A stretch of DNA of 64,000 bases from Gammaproteobacteria bacterium (GCA_020050355.1 JAGVKT010000077.1:3-64002), one strand, 5' to 3'; shown: positions 21,107 through 32,384, numbered from the stretch's first letter. Made by a program: numbers and translations. The notes: generated by a model from the sequence alone, not told the origin.

Positions 21107-22414
21107 TTATATTTGGTCGATTGGTTTTTTATTTTTTTCCACCACACCAAATTGTTTTTGCAGTGCAACTTCTTCAAGTGTTTGCACGTCTGTCCAAAAT
21201 TTAGCAAGTGCTTTATTGGCTTGCCCCACTTCAACACGCAAGAGTAAAAAATCATACGCTGCACGAAAACGAGGATGCTTCAAGATTTCTAAAACTTTTT
21301 GCTTACGCCGCAATTCTAAAGGATGTTGCAAAGCCCAAACATCACGAATCATTTGTGCAAAATAATTAGGCATCGTCGTATGTTTGACCTGAACCTTAAG
21401 CGTCTCATCCATCGCTTGCACAAAAGCCTGACGCCGACTGATGCTTTGAGTCAAAATTTTAAAATTTTTAAGCAACGGCGCATACAAAAAAACTGCAATC
21501 AGAAAACCAGGATGAATAGTCTTATCCGCATAAAAACGTTCATCCGTATTTTCAAGCGCTAATTTAATCATGCTCATAAACCAAGATTCATGCAAACATT
21601 CAACCGTCAAAGGAAATAAATAATCTAAAAGCTTAAACTCATGCAAGGTATGAAAATTTTTATGTGCTTGACCATAGAGCATCAACTTTGCATATTCATC
21701 AAAAAGTCGTCCACCTGAAATTTCCTTCAACATAGGCGCATCCTGCGGTATAGCCCGTAGCGTTTTTGCTTCGATGGTGAATCCTAATTTATTGGCAAAA
21801 CGCAAAGCTCTTAAAATCCGCACAGGATCTTCTTTAAAGCGCATATGGGGCTTACCAATCAAGCGTAAAGTTTTGCTTTTTAAATCAGGCACAGCTGCAC
21901 AAAAATCTAATAACTTACCGCGGATAGGATCATAGTACAAAGCATTGATAGTAAAATCACGACGAAAAGCATCTTCCTCTAAAGTCCCATAAACATTATC
22001 GCGCGAGATAATCCCACCCTTGCTTGTACGGGCATCACTCTCATGCTTGGCATGCTGGTGATCAGCACGGAACGTGGCAACTTCAATATATTCACGACGA
22101 TTAAAATAAACATGAACTAAACGAAAACGCTTGCCGATAATAAGCGCACGATTAAAACATTTTTTGATCTCTTCGGGTCGGGCATTGGTAGCAACATCAA
22201 AATCTTTAGGATGGCGCTCTAAGATTTGATCTCGAACGCCTCCACCCACAATATAAGCCTGAAAACCATGATGATGTAAAGTCTCAACCACAGACAATAC
22301 CGAACGACCGAAATCACTAGGATATAAACCAAAATTTACGGCATTATATACTTCTGCACGAACCTGGTTTTTTTTAAGCAGCTTAGCTATAAAGTTGTTT
22401 TTCTTTAATTTCAT
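21107..22414 (-). CDS. pcnB: Poly(A) polymerase I
   Basis: [16 protein letters not shown] and [12 protein letters not shown] are nucleotidyltransferase motifs. The gene lies downstream of dksA, as in E. coli. The N-terminus is uncertain: the ORF-track start overlaps dksA by 32 nt. Confidence 0.9.
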   Translation of the reverse strand: MKLKKNNFIAKLLKKNQVRAEVYNAVNFGLYPSDFGRSVLSVVETLHHHGFQAYIVGGGVRDQILERHPKDFDVATNARPEEIKKCFNRALIIGKRFRLVHVYFNRREYIEVATFRADHQHAKHESDARTSKGGIISRDNVYGTLEEDAFRRDFTINALYYDPIRGKLLDFCAAVPDLKSKTLRLIGKPHMRFKEDPVRILRALRFANKLGFTIEAKTLRAIPQDAPMLKEISGGRLFDEYAKLMLYGQAHKNFHTLHEFKLLDYLFPLTVECLHESWFMSMIKLALENTDERFYADKTIHPGFLIAVFLYAPLLKNFKILTQSISRRQAFVQAMDETLKVQVKHTTMPNYFAQMIRDVWALQHPLELRRKQKVLEILKHPRFRAAYDFLLLRVEVGQANKALAKFWTDVQTLEEVALQKQFGVVEKNKKPIDQI

Positions 22415-22805
22415 CTAAAGTTTTACAATCTATGCACATACTTGCGGTAGGACGAGCTTCTAAGCGACGCAAACCGATTTCAGCACCACAAGATTCACAA
22501 TAGCCATATTCGCTATTTTTGAGTGCTTCTAATGCTTCATCAATTTTTTTAATCAGCTTGCGTTCACGATCACGAGTGCGCAATTCTAAACTAAATTCTT
22601 CTTCTTGACTGGCTCGATCCATTGGATCAGGAAAATTTGCTGATTCATCCTGCATATGTGCCATGGTTCGATCCATTTCTTCAAGAAGGCTCTCCTTCCA
22701 GGCTTCTAAAATTACTTCAAAATGCTTACGCTGCCCTTCAGACATATAAGCCTCTTTCTTTTTAAGAACATAGGGCTTAAAGCTCATGGGATTATCTAAT
22801 GACAT
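22383..22805 (-). CDS. dksA: RNA polymerase-binding transcription factor DksA
   Basis: A coiled-coil with acidic tip is followed by the C4 zinc finger [25 protein letters not shown]. Confidence 0.9.
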   Translation of the reverse strand: MSLDNPMSFKPYVLKKKEAYMSEGQRKHFEVILEAWKESLLEEMDRTMAHMQDESANFPDPMDRASQEEEFSLELRTRDRERKLIKKIDEALEALKNSEYGYCESCGAEIGLRRLEARPTASMCIDCKTLDEIKEKQLYS

Positions 22806-22895
22806 GTACCTCTCCTCTAAAAAACTAAGTTGCTATTGATAACAAAAAAAACCCAGCACTGCAACTAAAAAATTTACTTAGGTTAACTTCAAAAA

Positions 22896-24971
22896 TCATA
22901 AGCAACTGAAATCTGCAAGTAAATAGAATAAAGCGGTGATCTTATAAAGAAGACTAAGGCGCTGCTGCTTGAGCTTTTCATTATCTACCATTACCAACAC
23001 CTCGGCAAAAAACTGCGCAAGTGGTGCCTTAAAATCGAGCAAAAACTGATACGCAGCAAAGAATTTTTTTTGCTGTTGGTACGCACAAACTTGTACTTGA
23101 ATTTTTTTATAAGCGTCAATGAGTGCTAACTCTGATGGGGCGCGCAACTCTGTGTCATCATCAACAACTGCAAAAGGTTGCGGAATGATATTACTTGCCC
23201 GCTTCACCAATTGCAATAATTCTTGCCCTTCTTGTGTATTTAATATTTTATTTAAATCCCTAGCATTATTAAAAAATTCTAACAAATCAATAACAGGATG
23301 ATTCACAAAATCTTGCAGCATTTTTGATTTAATTGCATTCACAACAGAAGTGCTAATTTCAGGATGCTCATCAAGGCACCATTGAGCCATACGTTCTAAA
23401 AAAAATGTTCTCAACTCTTGAGTCACTGGCGCAAGCTTAACACCCTGAGCAGAAAATATCTTATGCACATAATGAATCAGGCTCAATAAATCAACAGACC
23501 AATTAAAATGCATGATGATCGCAATAATACCCAAGGCTTGTCTTCTCAAAGCATAAGGATCACCACTGCCCGTAGGCTTTTCTCCTACACCAAATAAGCC
23601 AACCAAAGTATCAAATTTATCAGCAAGCGCCAACAAAGCACCCAAAGAATTACGTGGTAAAGTTCCATCACGCAGCTTGGGCTTATAATGATCTTCTAGC
23701 GCATCACTAATTTCAGAAGAAATGCCTTGCAATAAAGCATATTGCCGCCCCATCAAACCTTGTAACTCCGGAAACTCTTGTACCATATCGGTTGTTAAGT
23801 CACACTTACATAATTGTGCAGCTTGACGTGCATGCTGCACATTAAGCGCAAATTTCTCCGCCAAATGACCAGCAATATCTGTAATACGCGCTACTTTATC
23901 AAAAAGCGAGCCTAACTTTTCTTGAAAACTAATTTTTTTTAATGCATCCAAATGATGCAACAATGGAATTTTAGCGTCAGTTAAATAAAAGAATTCTGCA
24001 TCAGTCAAACGCGCGTAAATAACTTTTTCATTGCCCAATTTAATGGCACTAGTATCGGAGGTCACACTGTTAGTCACCGCAATAAACTTAGCTTTTAAAC
24101 AAGCATGCGCATCAAAAATTGGAAACACGCGCTGATGCGTTTCCATCACAGAAATTAATACTTCGGGCGGTAATTGCAAAAATTCAGTTTTAAATTCACA
24201 TAAAATCGCCTGCGGATGTTCTACTAAATTTACTACTTCAGCTAAGGTATTAAAACGGATACGATCTTGAGCTTCGACCAAAGCTTGAGCCTCTGTTTCA
24301 ATGATGTTTTTACGAGCAGTAGCAGAAACAACCACATGTGCTTTAAGCAATTTTTTTTCATACTCACGTGGGTGGCTAATTTTAATGGGCTTATGTTTCA
24401 TAAAGCGATGACCATAAGTCACATTGCCTGCTTGAACACCAAAAAGTGTTGCCGGAATAATATTTTTACCATACAGCATCAACAACCAATGTACTGGTCG
24501 CAAAAAATTAAATGCATGCTCACCCCAACGCATCGATTTTTTCATAGGCACAGTTTTAATAACTTCCAACAAAATTCCTGGCAGTAATTGTTCAACGTTC
24601 TGCGCTGGTTTATGAATTTTTACCGCCAACCAAATACCTTTATCAGTACTCACTTCAATAAGATCTTCAAGTTTCGCTTGCGTCGCTTGTAAAAAACCTA
24701 ACAATGCTTTACTAGGTTGCCCCTCTGCATCAAACGCTTGAGTTTTTGCGGGTCCACGGCGCTCAAGCGTACGCGCTTGAGTCTGTACAGCAAGATTATG
24801 AACATATAAAGCCAACCTACGCGGCGTAGCAAAACACTCTGTAGCACCACAGGTCAAACCATAAGCTGCAAATTGTGCGGCAAAGCCTTTGGCTAAAGCA
24901 TTGATCAAACCATCAATTTGCCCAGCGGGTAAATCTTCACAACCTATTTCTATTAAAAAATCTTGCTTCAT
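22896..24971 (-). CDS. glyS: Glycyl-tRNA synthetase beta subunit
   Basis: 691 aa, immediately downstream of glyQ. The N-terminus FLIEIGCEDLPAG is typical of GlyS. Confidence 0.95.
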   Translation of the reverse strand: MKQDFLIEIGCEDLPAGQIDGLINALAKGFAAQFAAYGLTCGATECFATPRRLALYVHNLAVQTQARTLERRGPAKTQAFDAEGQPSKALLGFLQATQAKLEDLIEVSTDKGIWLAVKIHKPAQNVEQLLPGILLEVIKTVPMKKSMRWGEHAFNFLRPVHWLLMLYGKNIIPATLFGVQAGNVTYGHRFMKHKPIKISHPREYEKKLLKAHVVVSATARKNIIETEAQALVEAQDRIRFNTLAEVVNLVEHPQAILCEFKTEFLQLPPEVLISVMETHQRVFPIFDAHACLKAKFIAVTNSVTSDTSAIKLGNEKVIYARLTDAEFFYLTDAKIPLLHHLDALKKISFQEKLGSLFDKVARITDIAGHLAEKFALNVQHARQAAQLCKCDLTTDMVQEFPELQGLMGRQYALLQGISSEISDALEDHYKPKLRDGTLPRNSLGALLALADKFDTLVGLFGVGEKPTGSGDPYALRRQALGIIAIIMHFNWSVDLLSLIHYVHKIFSAQGVKLAPVTQELRTFFLERMAQWCLDEHPEISTSVVNAIKSKMLQDFVNHPVIDLLEFFNNARDLNKILNTQEGQELLQLVKRASNIIPQPFAVVDDDTELRAPSELALIDAYKKIQVQVCAYQQQKKFFAAYQFLLDFKAPLAQFFAEVLVMVDNEKLKQQRLSLLYKITALFYLLADFSCL

Positions 24972-24972
24972 A

Positions 24973-25875
24973 TTAACGAGTACCTCCCGTTACTAAAGGA
25001 AAACCCAAGGCTTCTCGCGCCAAATAATAAGCTTTAGCGACACTCATAAATAAACTACGAATTCTTAAAATATAACGCTGCCGCTCATTCACTGAAATTG
25101 CATGCCGTGCGTCTAATAAATTAAAAATATGGGTCGCTTTAAGCGCCATCTCATAAGCAGGCAGTGCTAAAAATTTTTCCATCAATCGCTGACTTTCATG
25201 CTCATAAAAATTAAATTGCTTGAACAATTCTTCAACGGGTGCCTCTTCAAAATTATACTTTGACATTTCTACTTCATTTTGTCGAAATACATCACCATAA
25301 GTAATTACTTGTTGTTTAGGCCCGATATGCCAAATCAAATCAAACACTGAGTTTTTATTTTGCAAATACATTGCCAAACGTTCAACACCATAGGTAATTT
25401 CGCCGGTCACTGGCTTACACTCTAAACCACCGACCTGTTGAAAATAAGTAAACTGGGTTACTTCCATCCCATCAATCCACACTTCCCAGCCTAAACCCCA
25501 AGCCCCGGCCGTTGGTGACTCCCAATTATCCTCAACAAAACGAATATCATGTTGCTGCACATCGATCCCTAAGGCTTGCAATGAATCAAGGTATACCTCT
25601 TGAATATTTTCAGGAGAAGGCTTTAAAACTACTTGAAATTGATAAAAATGCTGCATGCGATTGGGATTTTCAGCATAACGCCCATCTTTAGGCCGACGAC
25701 AAGGTTGAATATATGCAGCATTCCAAGGTTCTGGACCAATAGCACGTAAAAAAGTAGCAGGATGATACGTACCAGCTCCCATCTCTAAATCATAAGGCTC
25801 AACAATAATGCAACCCTGCGCCGACCAAAAACCCTTGAGTTTAAATAACATTTCTTGCAAAGTTAAAGCAGCCAT
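24973..25875 (-). CDS. glyQ: Glycyl-tRNA synthetase alpha subunit
   Basis: 300 aa. [34 protein letters not shown] core (here [23 protein letters not shown]). Confidence 0.95.
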   Translation of the reverse strand: MAALTLQEMLFKLKGFWSAQGCIIVEPYDLEMGAGTYHPATFLRAIGPEPWNAAYIQPCRRPKDGRYAENPNRMQHFYQFQVVLKPSPENIQEVYLDSLQALGIDVQQHDIRFVEDNWESPTAGAWGLGWEVWIDGMEVTQFTYFQQVGGLECKPVTGEITYGVERLAMYLQNKNSVFDLIWHIGPKQQVITYGDVFRQNEVEMSKYNFEEAPVEELFKQFNFYEHESQRLMEKFLALPAYEMALKATHIFNLLDARHAISVNERQRYILRIRSLFMSVAKAYYLAREALGFPLVTGGTR

Positions 25876-25997
25876 AGTCGTTCTTTATCGCAAAAGGAGC
25901 ATTATATACCATTCAACCCAACAAATTCTATTTTCTCTTTCTGAAAGATTCTGGCATAATAAAAAACATTTTAAAACCTAACGCAGGAAAACTACTA

Positions 25998-26456
25998 ATG
26001 ACTGACCAACAACAGGCACACACAGCAAATTTCATGATTCAAAAGATTTACATAAAAGATCTTTCTTTTGAAGCGCCCAATTCTCCTGCGATTTTCACCG
26101 AAAACTGGAAGCCTCAAGCCAATATGGAAATGAACACCAACTTTGAAAAAATTGATGAGCGCCATTATGAAGTGGTACTTAAACTTACCATAACCGCTAA
26201 ACTCGAAGAAAAAGTCGCCTTTATCATTGAGCTCAAACAAGCCGGAATTTTCTTGATTGAAAATATCGAAGAAAACAATCTAAATGCATTATTGCATGGT
26301 TACTGCCCGACTGCGCTCTTTCCTTATGCACGCGATGCTATTGCCAGCCAAGTCTTCCGTGGCAGCTTCCCAGAACTTAATTTAGCGCCGATTAATTTTG
26401 ATGCTTTATATTTACAAGGACAAGCCCAGCAGGTTAACACCAGCGCCATCAACTAA
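25998..26456 (+). CDS. secB: Protein-export chaperone SecB
   Basis: FMIQKIYIKDLSFEAPNSP and LLHGYCPTALFPYARDAIASQV are SecB signatures. Length is 152 aa. Confidence 0.9.
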   Translation: MTDQQQAHTANFMIQKIYIKDLSFEAPNSPAIFTENWKPQANMEMNTNFEKIDERHYEVVLKLTITAKLEEKVAFIIELKQAGIFLIENIEENNLNALLHGYCPTALFPYARDAIASQVFRGSFPELNLAPINFDALYLQGQAQQVNTSAIN

Positions 26457-26459
26457 CTT

Positions 26460-26969
26460 TTAGAGCGTCCAATCCACAATCATTTTTTGAGCTGTTAAAT
26501 CAACTGCCTTGATAAAATGCCCCCACACATAAGGAATTAAAAGCTCTTCATTGTGGTCATTTTTAATGACTAAAACATCATGCGCGCTGCTTGCTAACAA
26601 ATGATCAATAACCCCTAACGCTTGCTGCTCTTGATTAAACACTTTTAAACCCAAAAGGTCATCCCAATAATATTGATTTTTTGGCAAGGAAGGCAAGGCC
26701 GTACGCGCAACCCCTAGCTCAGCATGAGTAAATTTTATCCCCGCGCTTTCTGGCTGATCAAAGCCCGCAAAACGCACCAAGCACTGTTGCCCTTTATATT
26801 GAAACTCTACTTTAAATAGCTGCCAATCTTGCTTGGGAAAGCGCAAATAAAAAATTTTGAAGTGATGCATTAGCTCTGGATCATCAAGCAATACATGTAA
26901 CTTAAGAAAACCTCGAACGCCATAAGGCGCACCTACGCGCGCCACGCAAATAATTTTTTGGGCATCCAA
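26460..26969 (-). CDS. rimM: 16S rRNA processing protein RimM
   Basis: VARVGAPYGVRGFLK N-terminus and a PRC-barrel C-terminus. The gene is directly downstream of rpsP. Confidence 0.9.
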   Translation of the reverse strand: MDAQKIICVARVGAPYGVRGFLKLHVLLDDPELMHHFKIFYLRFPKQDWQLFKVEFQYKGQQCLVRFAGFDQPESAGIKFTHAELGVARTALPSLPKNQYYWDDLLGLKVFNQEQQALGVIDHLLASSAHDVLVIKNDHNEELLIPYVWGHFIKAVDLTAQKMIVDWTL

Positions 26970-26982
26970 GATGTGAACTTTA

Positions 26983-27228
26983 TTATTTTGAACGAGCGGT
27001 TTTTATCAGTAAGGCAACACGATCTGAAGGTTGAGCTCCCTGCTTCACCCAATGATCAACACGCTCTAAATTAAGATCAAGCTTTTGTTCTTTACCTGCC
27101 GCCAATGGACTATAATATCCAATGCGCTCAATGTAACGGCCATCGCGGGCAAAACGTTGATCTGCAACTACTACATGGTAAAAAGGACGGTTTTTAGCAC
27201 CGTGACGACTCAAACGAATGACTACCAT
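26983..27228 (-). CDS. rpsP: 30S ribosomal protein S16
   Basis: [25 protein letters not shown] is the canonical S16 N-terminus. Confidence 0.95.
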   Translation of the reverse strand: MVVIRLSRHGAKNRPFYHVVVADQRFARDGRYIERIGYYSPLAAGKEQKLDLNLERVDHWVKQGAQPSDRVALLIKTARSK

Positions 27229-27282
27229 TCTGTACTTACTCCGTTATTTATTAACCTGGGCAATTATAACTCAGGATATTCG

Positions 27283-27359
27283 TGGTGGCTATGGGTGGAC
27301 TCGAACCACCGACCCCAGCATTATGAATGCCGTGCTCTAACCGGCTGAGCTACATAGCC
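27283..27359 (-). tRNA. tRNA-Met, elongator type (anticodon CAT), CCA encoded
   Basis: The reverse complement is GGCTATGTAGCTCAGCCGGTTAGAGCACGGCATTCATAATGCTGGGGTCGGTGGTTCGAGTCCACCCATAGCCACCA. The anticodon loop is TTCATAA. Overall it follows E. coli elongator tRNA-Met rather than ileX or the initiator. Confidence 0.85.
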
Positions 27360-27454
27360 CTCAAATAGAGGTTCGCCATTATTAATGAATTCAACCCTAA
27401 TGTCAATTTATTTTTGAGGCTGACACGGGCTACCTTATTAAAAAGCCAAGCCCC

Positions 27455-27482
27455 TAGCTTAGTATACAAAATATGATATAAT
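27455..27482 (+). promoter_or_regulatory. Extended -10 promoter candidate for ndk-rlmN
   Basis: TGaTATAAT at 27474-27482 is a perfect extended -10. The -35 (tagctt, 27455-27460) is weak. The promoter lies 30 nt upstream of the ndk ATG. Confidence 0.4.
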
Positions 27483-27511
27483 ATCTCGCATAAAAAACAT
27501 GAGAAATAATT

Positions 27512-27934
27512 ATGAGCACTGAAAAAACCCTATCTATTATCAAACCTGATGCAGTTGCCAAAAACGTCATTGGTAAGATTTTAAGCCGCTTTGAAGCTGC
27601 TGATTTAAAAATCGTTGCTTGTAAAATGCTACATTTATCTACCGAACAAGCACAAAAATTCTATGAGGTACACCGTAACCGACCATTTTATAATGACTTG
27701 GTCAAATTTATGTGTTCAGGACCAGTTGTGGTTTCAGTGTTATCTGGCAAAAATGCCATTCTTAAAAATCGCGAACTCATGGGTGCTACTGATCCAAAAC
27801 AAGCTGCTCCTGGAACCATTCGAGCAGATTTTGCTGACAGCATCGATGCAAATGCAGTACATGGCTCTGATGCTCCTGAAACAGCAATAATAGAAATTAA
27901 ATTTTTCTTTCCCGAAGGCGTATTTGCCAACTAA
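27512..27934 (+). CDS. ndk: Nucleoside diphosphate kinase
   Basis: [10 protein letters not shown] and the active-site NAVHGSD motif. Length is 140 aa. Confidence 0.95.
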   Translation: MSTEKTLSIIKPDAVAKNVIGKILSRFEAADLKIVACKMLHLSTEQAQKFYEVHRNRPFYNDLVKFMCSGPVVVSVLSGKNAILKNRELMGATDPKQAAPGTIRADFADSIDANAVHGSDAPETAIIEIKFFFPEGVFAN

Positions 27935-29040
27935 TGAGCACAAACAAAATAAATCTATTAGGCCTAGACCAACAAGGCTTGCTTGCTTTTTTTAAAGGTA
28001 TAGACGAAAGCCCCTTTCGCGCACGCCAGTTATTACAATGGATCCACCAACGTGGCGTAGTTGATTTTGAATCAATGACTGACATCAGCAAAAATTTACG
28101 TAGCAAACTTCATGAAATTGCAGAAATAAAAACCCCAACGGTGATCTTGCGTAAACCCTCACAAGACGGCACACAAAAGTGGCTCATGCAAATGCCAGAT
28201 GGCAACGCTATTGAAACCGTCTATATCCCTGAAGATGATCGCGGCACGCTCTGCATTTCTTCACAAGTAGGTTGCATATTAACCTGCAAATTTTGTTCAA
28301 CCGGCACTCAAGGCTTTAATCGTAATTTATCTACCGCAGAAATCATTGGACAATTATGGGTGGCAGTACGCGAACTCTCAACGCACCAAGGTCAACACGA
28401 TCGCCACATTACCAATGTAGTTATGATGGGCATGGGCGAACCTTTGTTGAATTTTGAAAATGTCATTCCCTCCTTGCATCTCATGCTTGATGATTATGCT
28501 TATGGCTTATCTAAACGTAAAGTAACAGTATCAACCTCAGGCATCGTGCCTCAAATTTACGAGCTTAAAAAAGCAGCGCCAGTATCATTAGCAATCTCTC
28601 TTCATGCCCCCAATGATAAATTACGCTCCGAGATTATGCCGATTAACAAAAAATATACAATTCAAGAATTAATCAAAGCCTGCAAAGACTATGTAGGTCA
28701 TGACCCACACAAAAACATTACTTTTGAATACGTCATGTTGCAAGAAGTCAACGACCATGTGGAACAGGCACACGAATTAATTAACTTAGTAAAAGGCTTG
28801 CCGTGTAAATTTAATTTAATTCCTTTTAATCCCTTTCCCGGAACAAATTTTACCCGCTCAAGCAACAATCGCATTCATCAATTCAAAAAAATTCTTGAAG
28901 CAAACGGCTTAGTGACCACCATCCGCAAAACCCGTGGCGACGACATCGATGCTGCCTGCGGTCAACTTGTTGGACAAGTCCAAGATCGCACCAGCCGTCA
29001 ACAAAAGCTTAAAAGTGAGCTGACCGGATTGAAGTCATAG
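27934..29040 (+). CDS. rlmN: 23S rRNA/tRNA m2A methyltransferase RlmN (radical SAM)
   Basis: The radical-SAM cluster CILTCKFC (CxxxCxxC) and the C-terminal DIDAACGQL motif are present. ndk-rlmN adjacency matches E. coli. Confidence 0.9.
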   Translation: MSTNKINLLGLDQQGLLAFFKGIDESPFRARQLLQWIHQRGVVDFESMTDISKNLRSKLHEIAEIKTPTVILRKPSQDGTQKWLMQMPDGNAIETVYIPEDDRGTLCISSQVGCILTCKFCSTGTQGFNRNLSTAEIIGQLWVAVRELSTHQGQHDRHITNVVMMGMGEPLLNFENVIPSLHLMLDDYAYGLSKRKVTVSTSGIVPQIYELKKAAPVSLAISLHAPNDKLRSEIMPINKKYTIQELIKACKDYVGHDPHKNITFEYVMLQEVNDHVEQAHELINLVKGLPCKFNLIPFNPFPGTNFTRSSNNRIHQFKKILEANGLVTTIRKTRGDDIDAACGQLVGQVQDRTSRQQKLKSELTGLKS

Positions 29041-29950
29041 AGGCTCTGTCTGATGAACTTACCCTAGCACTACCTAACAAGGCCAACTGAGCTTGAACAG
29101 CAGGGGCAACCGATGCTCCTGGAAATGCTGCTGTAGCACCAGCACTTCTAACAGCAACAGTCATTCCTGCAGGTTTTTTAACAGTACCGAAGGCTGCATT
29201 TTGTGAAGTTTCGCTCGCCGCAAGAAAGGCAACTGCAGCGTCCCTAACACTATCCACAGAAGGTCTGGCGCTACCCGCAGCATCGCCGTCCTCTATTAAA
29301 AGACTAACTCTTAAAGCGCTAAGCGTACTTGTACCAGAAGAACGCGGATGAAAATAATTAATCGCATGAGCAATAGCAAAAAGCATTAAACTAAAAACGA
29401 TCATCGCCGCCATGATCGAAGTAGCAACCACCAATGCAACAGCACCAAAGGCCTGACCGGAAAACAGAGAGTCCTTAACATGCACAGCGACCGCACAAAC
29501 ATCCCAAAAAAGTGGTGACGATTTATAACCAATAATCACACCCGAAATAACAGCCATTACCGCACTAAAAGTAATTGCAGCATTCTTGGTCGCTTTGCGC
29601 CGAGAGCAAAGGGTATCATTAACGTCAGGCAAGAGTGGTGGTGGTGGTGTCAATTTTTCTAAAAGCGCAAAACCCATTGATGCAGGCGTTGGTAAGCGCA
29701 ATAGAACAAAAATAAACTCCATAACAGCAATACTCGGAATACCCACGACAAGAATACTGGAAACAGCATAAGCTAGCGAAAGCCCAAGCATGTCAGAATT
29801 ATCATCAAAATGCTGCATCATCGCCGCAGTGGTATAAATCAAGGCCATAGCGCCTCCAGTAATAGCACTCACAGCAACAGCAATTTTCGCACCCCGATCC
29901 AGACTAAAATCACAATATCTTCTTCTTAATGGCATGACTAATTTCCTCAC
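29009..29950 (-). CDS. Hypothetical multi-pass membrane protein with an Ala-rich C-terminal tail
   Basis: About 5 hydrophobic helices, a PPPPLLP linker, and a soluble tail of about 110 aa rich in A/S/G (AAGSARPSVDSVRDAAVAFLAASE..AGATAAFPGASVAPAVQAQ). The 3' end overlaps the rlmN 3' end by 32 nt (convergent). No family recognised. Confidence 0.55.
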   Translation of the reverse strand: MRKLVMPLRRRYCDFSLDRGAKIAVAVSAITGGAMALIYTTAAMMQHFDDNSDMLGLSLAYAVSSILVVGIPSIAVMEFIFVLLRLPTPASMGFALLEKLTPPPPLLPDVNDTLCSRRKATKNAAITFSAVMAVISGVIIGYKSSPLFWDVCAVAVHVKDSLFSGQAFGAVALVVATSIMAAMIVFSLMLFAIAHAINYFHPRSSGTSTLSALRVSLLIEDGDAAGSARPSVDSVRDAAVAFLAASETSQNAAFGTVKKPAGMTVAVRSAGATAAFPGASVAPAVQAQLALLGSARVSSSDRASMTSIRSAHF

Positions 29951-29962
29951 TTAGTTTACAAA

Positions 29963-30802
29963 TTAAAAAATTTTTTGTTGAAACACACCCTGAATTAATT
30001 TTTGTAGCTTTCCACCCGCAAGCTTTGACATCTCAAGCACCTCAGCATGATTTACGATAGCATCGCTCAAACCCGCACCAAAATTGGTAACCAAAGTTAA
30101 ACCCACAACTTTTAAACCCACATGACGCGCTGCAACTACTTCATGCACGGTAGACATACCTAAAACCTCACCACCTAATTGTGCATACATTTTTATCTCT
30201 GCTGGAGTTTCATATTGCGGCCCCATAATACCAAAATACACACCTTCTTGAAGTTTCAAATTTAAAGCACTAGCTACCCCAAAAAATAATTGCCGCAAAG
30301 TAGGATCATACGCATACTCCATGCTCAAAAAGCGAGGACCATAGTGCTCAAAATTTGGACCTAACAAAATATTAACACCAGTAAAATTAATGTGATCTTT
30401 AAGAATAACCAAAGTTCCTGGCTGCCAATCCGTACGTAATGATGCCGCCGCATTGGTAACAATCAAAGAATGGCAGCCTAAACTCTTGATCAAACGAATA
30501 GGTGCAAGTAATTGCTCACGACTTGCCCCTTCATAAAGATGCACGCGGCCATTCATACATACCACCGGAGTTTTTTCTAAAAAACCAAAAATAAATTCAC
30601 CCTTATGTCCAGGAACAGTCGAAATAAATAAACCCGGACACTCTCGGTAACTGACACGCGCGATAATTTCTATCTGTTCCGCCAACCCGCCTAAACCTGA
30701 GCCTAAAATCATTCCTACCTGAGGCACAAAATCATTTAATGTCTCTTTAAACTGTTGAAGTAAGGCTGGAACAAGATCTTGCATATTAATGTTTCCAACC
30801 AT
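29963..30802 (-). CDS. Purine nucleoside phosphorylase, trimeric PNP-I (PunA/XapA/MTAP-like) family
   Basis: GIILGSGLGGLAE-like P-loop (here GMILGSGLGGLAE), GRVHLYEG and GMSTVHEVVAARH motifs. The likely true start is the Met at 30784, 2 nt after the upstream transporter stop. Confidence 0.85.
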   Translation of the reverse strand: MVGNINMQDLVPALLQQFKETLNDFVPQVGMILGSGLGGLAEQIEIIARVSYRECPGLFISTVPGHKGEFIFGFLEKTPVVCMNGRVHLYEGASREQLLAPIRLIKSLGCHSLIVTNAAASLRTDWQPGTLVILKDHINFTGVNILLGPNFEHYGPRFLSMEYAYDPTLRQLFFGVASALNLKLQEGVYFGIMGPQYETPAEIKMYAQLGGEVLGMSTVHEVVAARHVGLKVVGLTLVTNFGAGLSDAIVNHAEVLEMSKLAGGKLQKLIQGVFQQKIF

Positions 30803-32174
30803 ATTTCATACGATATACATAAAAAAACAAACAGGGAATAACCATGACGCACATTCCGGTTATAAACACAGCTTCATAACGTACGGGAGAACCAATATTG
30901 ATGCCTACAGGAGGTAAAAAACCTATATAAATTGTTAATAAACATCCCAATAACCCCATAATCGCCATCACATAAAGGGCATTTTTTATTCGCAAAAATC
31001 TAATGATATGCGGCCGTTCAGGAAATTTATGCTTAATCTTAATTGCTGCAATAAACAGAAAAACATACATAAACATATAAAGTTGTGTACTCAAAGCCGT
31101 GAGCAACCAATAAGAGCCATTAACACTGGGCATATATAAAAACGCTAAAGCAACTCCAGTAACAACCAATGCCTGTAAGATCGCAATATTATAAGCCACA
31201 CCATAACGATTTACCTTGAGCATAAAGGCTGGCAAAAAACTATCAGCGGCTGCCTGCGCTAAACCGCGCGTAGGCGAGATCATCCAATTGACTAACTCTC
31301 CCAAACTACCAATGAGCACTAATGCGACAACCGGCATCACTAACCAATGCAAATGATAAGCCTCAAGAAAAACATGCATCGCTTGAATCAAACCTTGGTT
31401 CAATTCAATAGATTTAACAGGCACTACCATCGCAATGGCTAATGATCCCATAATCATAGTTACCAAAATAACTAACACTGAAATAAACATCGCTTTTGGA
31501 AAATTACGTCGAGCATCTTCAATATTCATCATATGTACCGCTGTAAGCTCAATACCCAAACAACTAGTCATCACCGCAGTCAAAGAAAACCAATTGCCCA
31601 TATTAGTAAATTTTGGAAAAAAATCTGTCGTAGTAAAATGAACTTCTAGCGGAGCACCTTTAATAAACCATAAAACAGCTAAACCAATAATTAAAGTAAT
31701 AGGTATAATTAAACCTACAAAAGTACAAACACTGGCAAAACGCGCGGAAACATCAACACCTAACAAATTAATTAAGGTAATCGACCAAAATACCGTAATG
31801 ATGAGCTCTAAAATAAAATGATTATTTTGCGCTAAATCCGGGTTAATAAAATAAGCGAAGGTGCCTCCAATAAAAGCAAGCATGGTCGGAAACCAAACTA
31901 GCGTATTCACCCATTGCAACCACACCGCCAAAAAACCTGTTTTTTCACCAAAAGCCATCTTCACCCATTGATAAATTCCTGACTGCTTCGGAAAAGCCTC
32001 TGCCAAATCAGCAGAAACAAAAGCACCAGGCAGCAAAAAAAATAACGCTGCCATGATAAAAAAGAACACCAAGGTGGTACCAAAATAAGCGGTAGCTGGC
32101 AAATTACGTACACTATCAATAGAGCCAGTAATCAACAATACTAAAACAAATAATCCTACTTTTTTAACTTTCAT
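30786..32174 (-). CDS. APC-superfamily amino acid/polyamine-type transporter (paralog 1)
   Basis: 462 aa with about 12 TM segments. The N-terminal signature SIDSVRNLPATAYFG..AFPKQSGIYQWV is shared with ORF 56048-57433. Confidence 0.8.
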   Translation of the reverse strand: MKVKKVGLFVLVLLITGSIDSVRNLPATAYFGTTLVFFFIMAALFFLLPGAFVSADLAEAFPKQSGIYQWVKMAFGEKTGFLAVWLQWVNTLVWFPTMLAFIGGTFAYFINPDLAQNNHFILELIITVFWSITLINLLGVDVSARFASVCTFVGLIIPITLIIGLAVLWFIKGAPLEVHFTTTDFFPKFTNMGNWFSLTAVMTSCLGIELTAVHMMNIEDARRNFPKAMFISVLVILVTMIMGSLAIAMVVPVKSIELNQGLIQAMHVFLEAYHLHWLVMPVVALVLIGSLGELVNWMISPTRGLAQAAADSFLPAFMLKVNRYGVAYNIAILQALVVTGVALAFLYMPSVNGSYWLLTALSTQLYMFMYVFLFIAAIKIKHKFPERPHIIRFLRIKNALYVMAIMGLLGCLLTIYIGFLPPVGINIGSPVRYEAVFITGMCVMVIPCLFFYVYRMKYGWKH

Positions 32175-32384
32175 TCTTATTCCTAGTGGCTTTTGCTAAT
32201 CAAAAAAACTGCGCTGTAGCATTTTGAACAAAAATTGGTATCAACATTGTGCATAATAATATAATTACTCCATAATGCAAATTAATTTTTTGCACATGGC
32301 AATCCTTTAATAAAAAATTAATTTGCAAAGGATTAAATTTCTGGTATAGAATGCACGAGACCAATTCCACACAAAGGATAAGAT

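Noticed and set aside
27085-27348. 87-aa plus-strand ORF spanning rpsP and the tRNA-Met gene
   Set aside because: It runs antisense through a ribosomal protein gene and across a tRNA gene, which is not plausible as coding sequence.
27615-28106. Several 67-91-aa ORFs overlapping ndk and the rlmN start
   Set aside because: They are alternative-frame or antisense reads of ndk and rlmN, both of which have diagnostic active-site motifs in the called frames.
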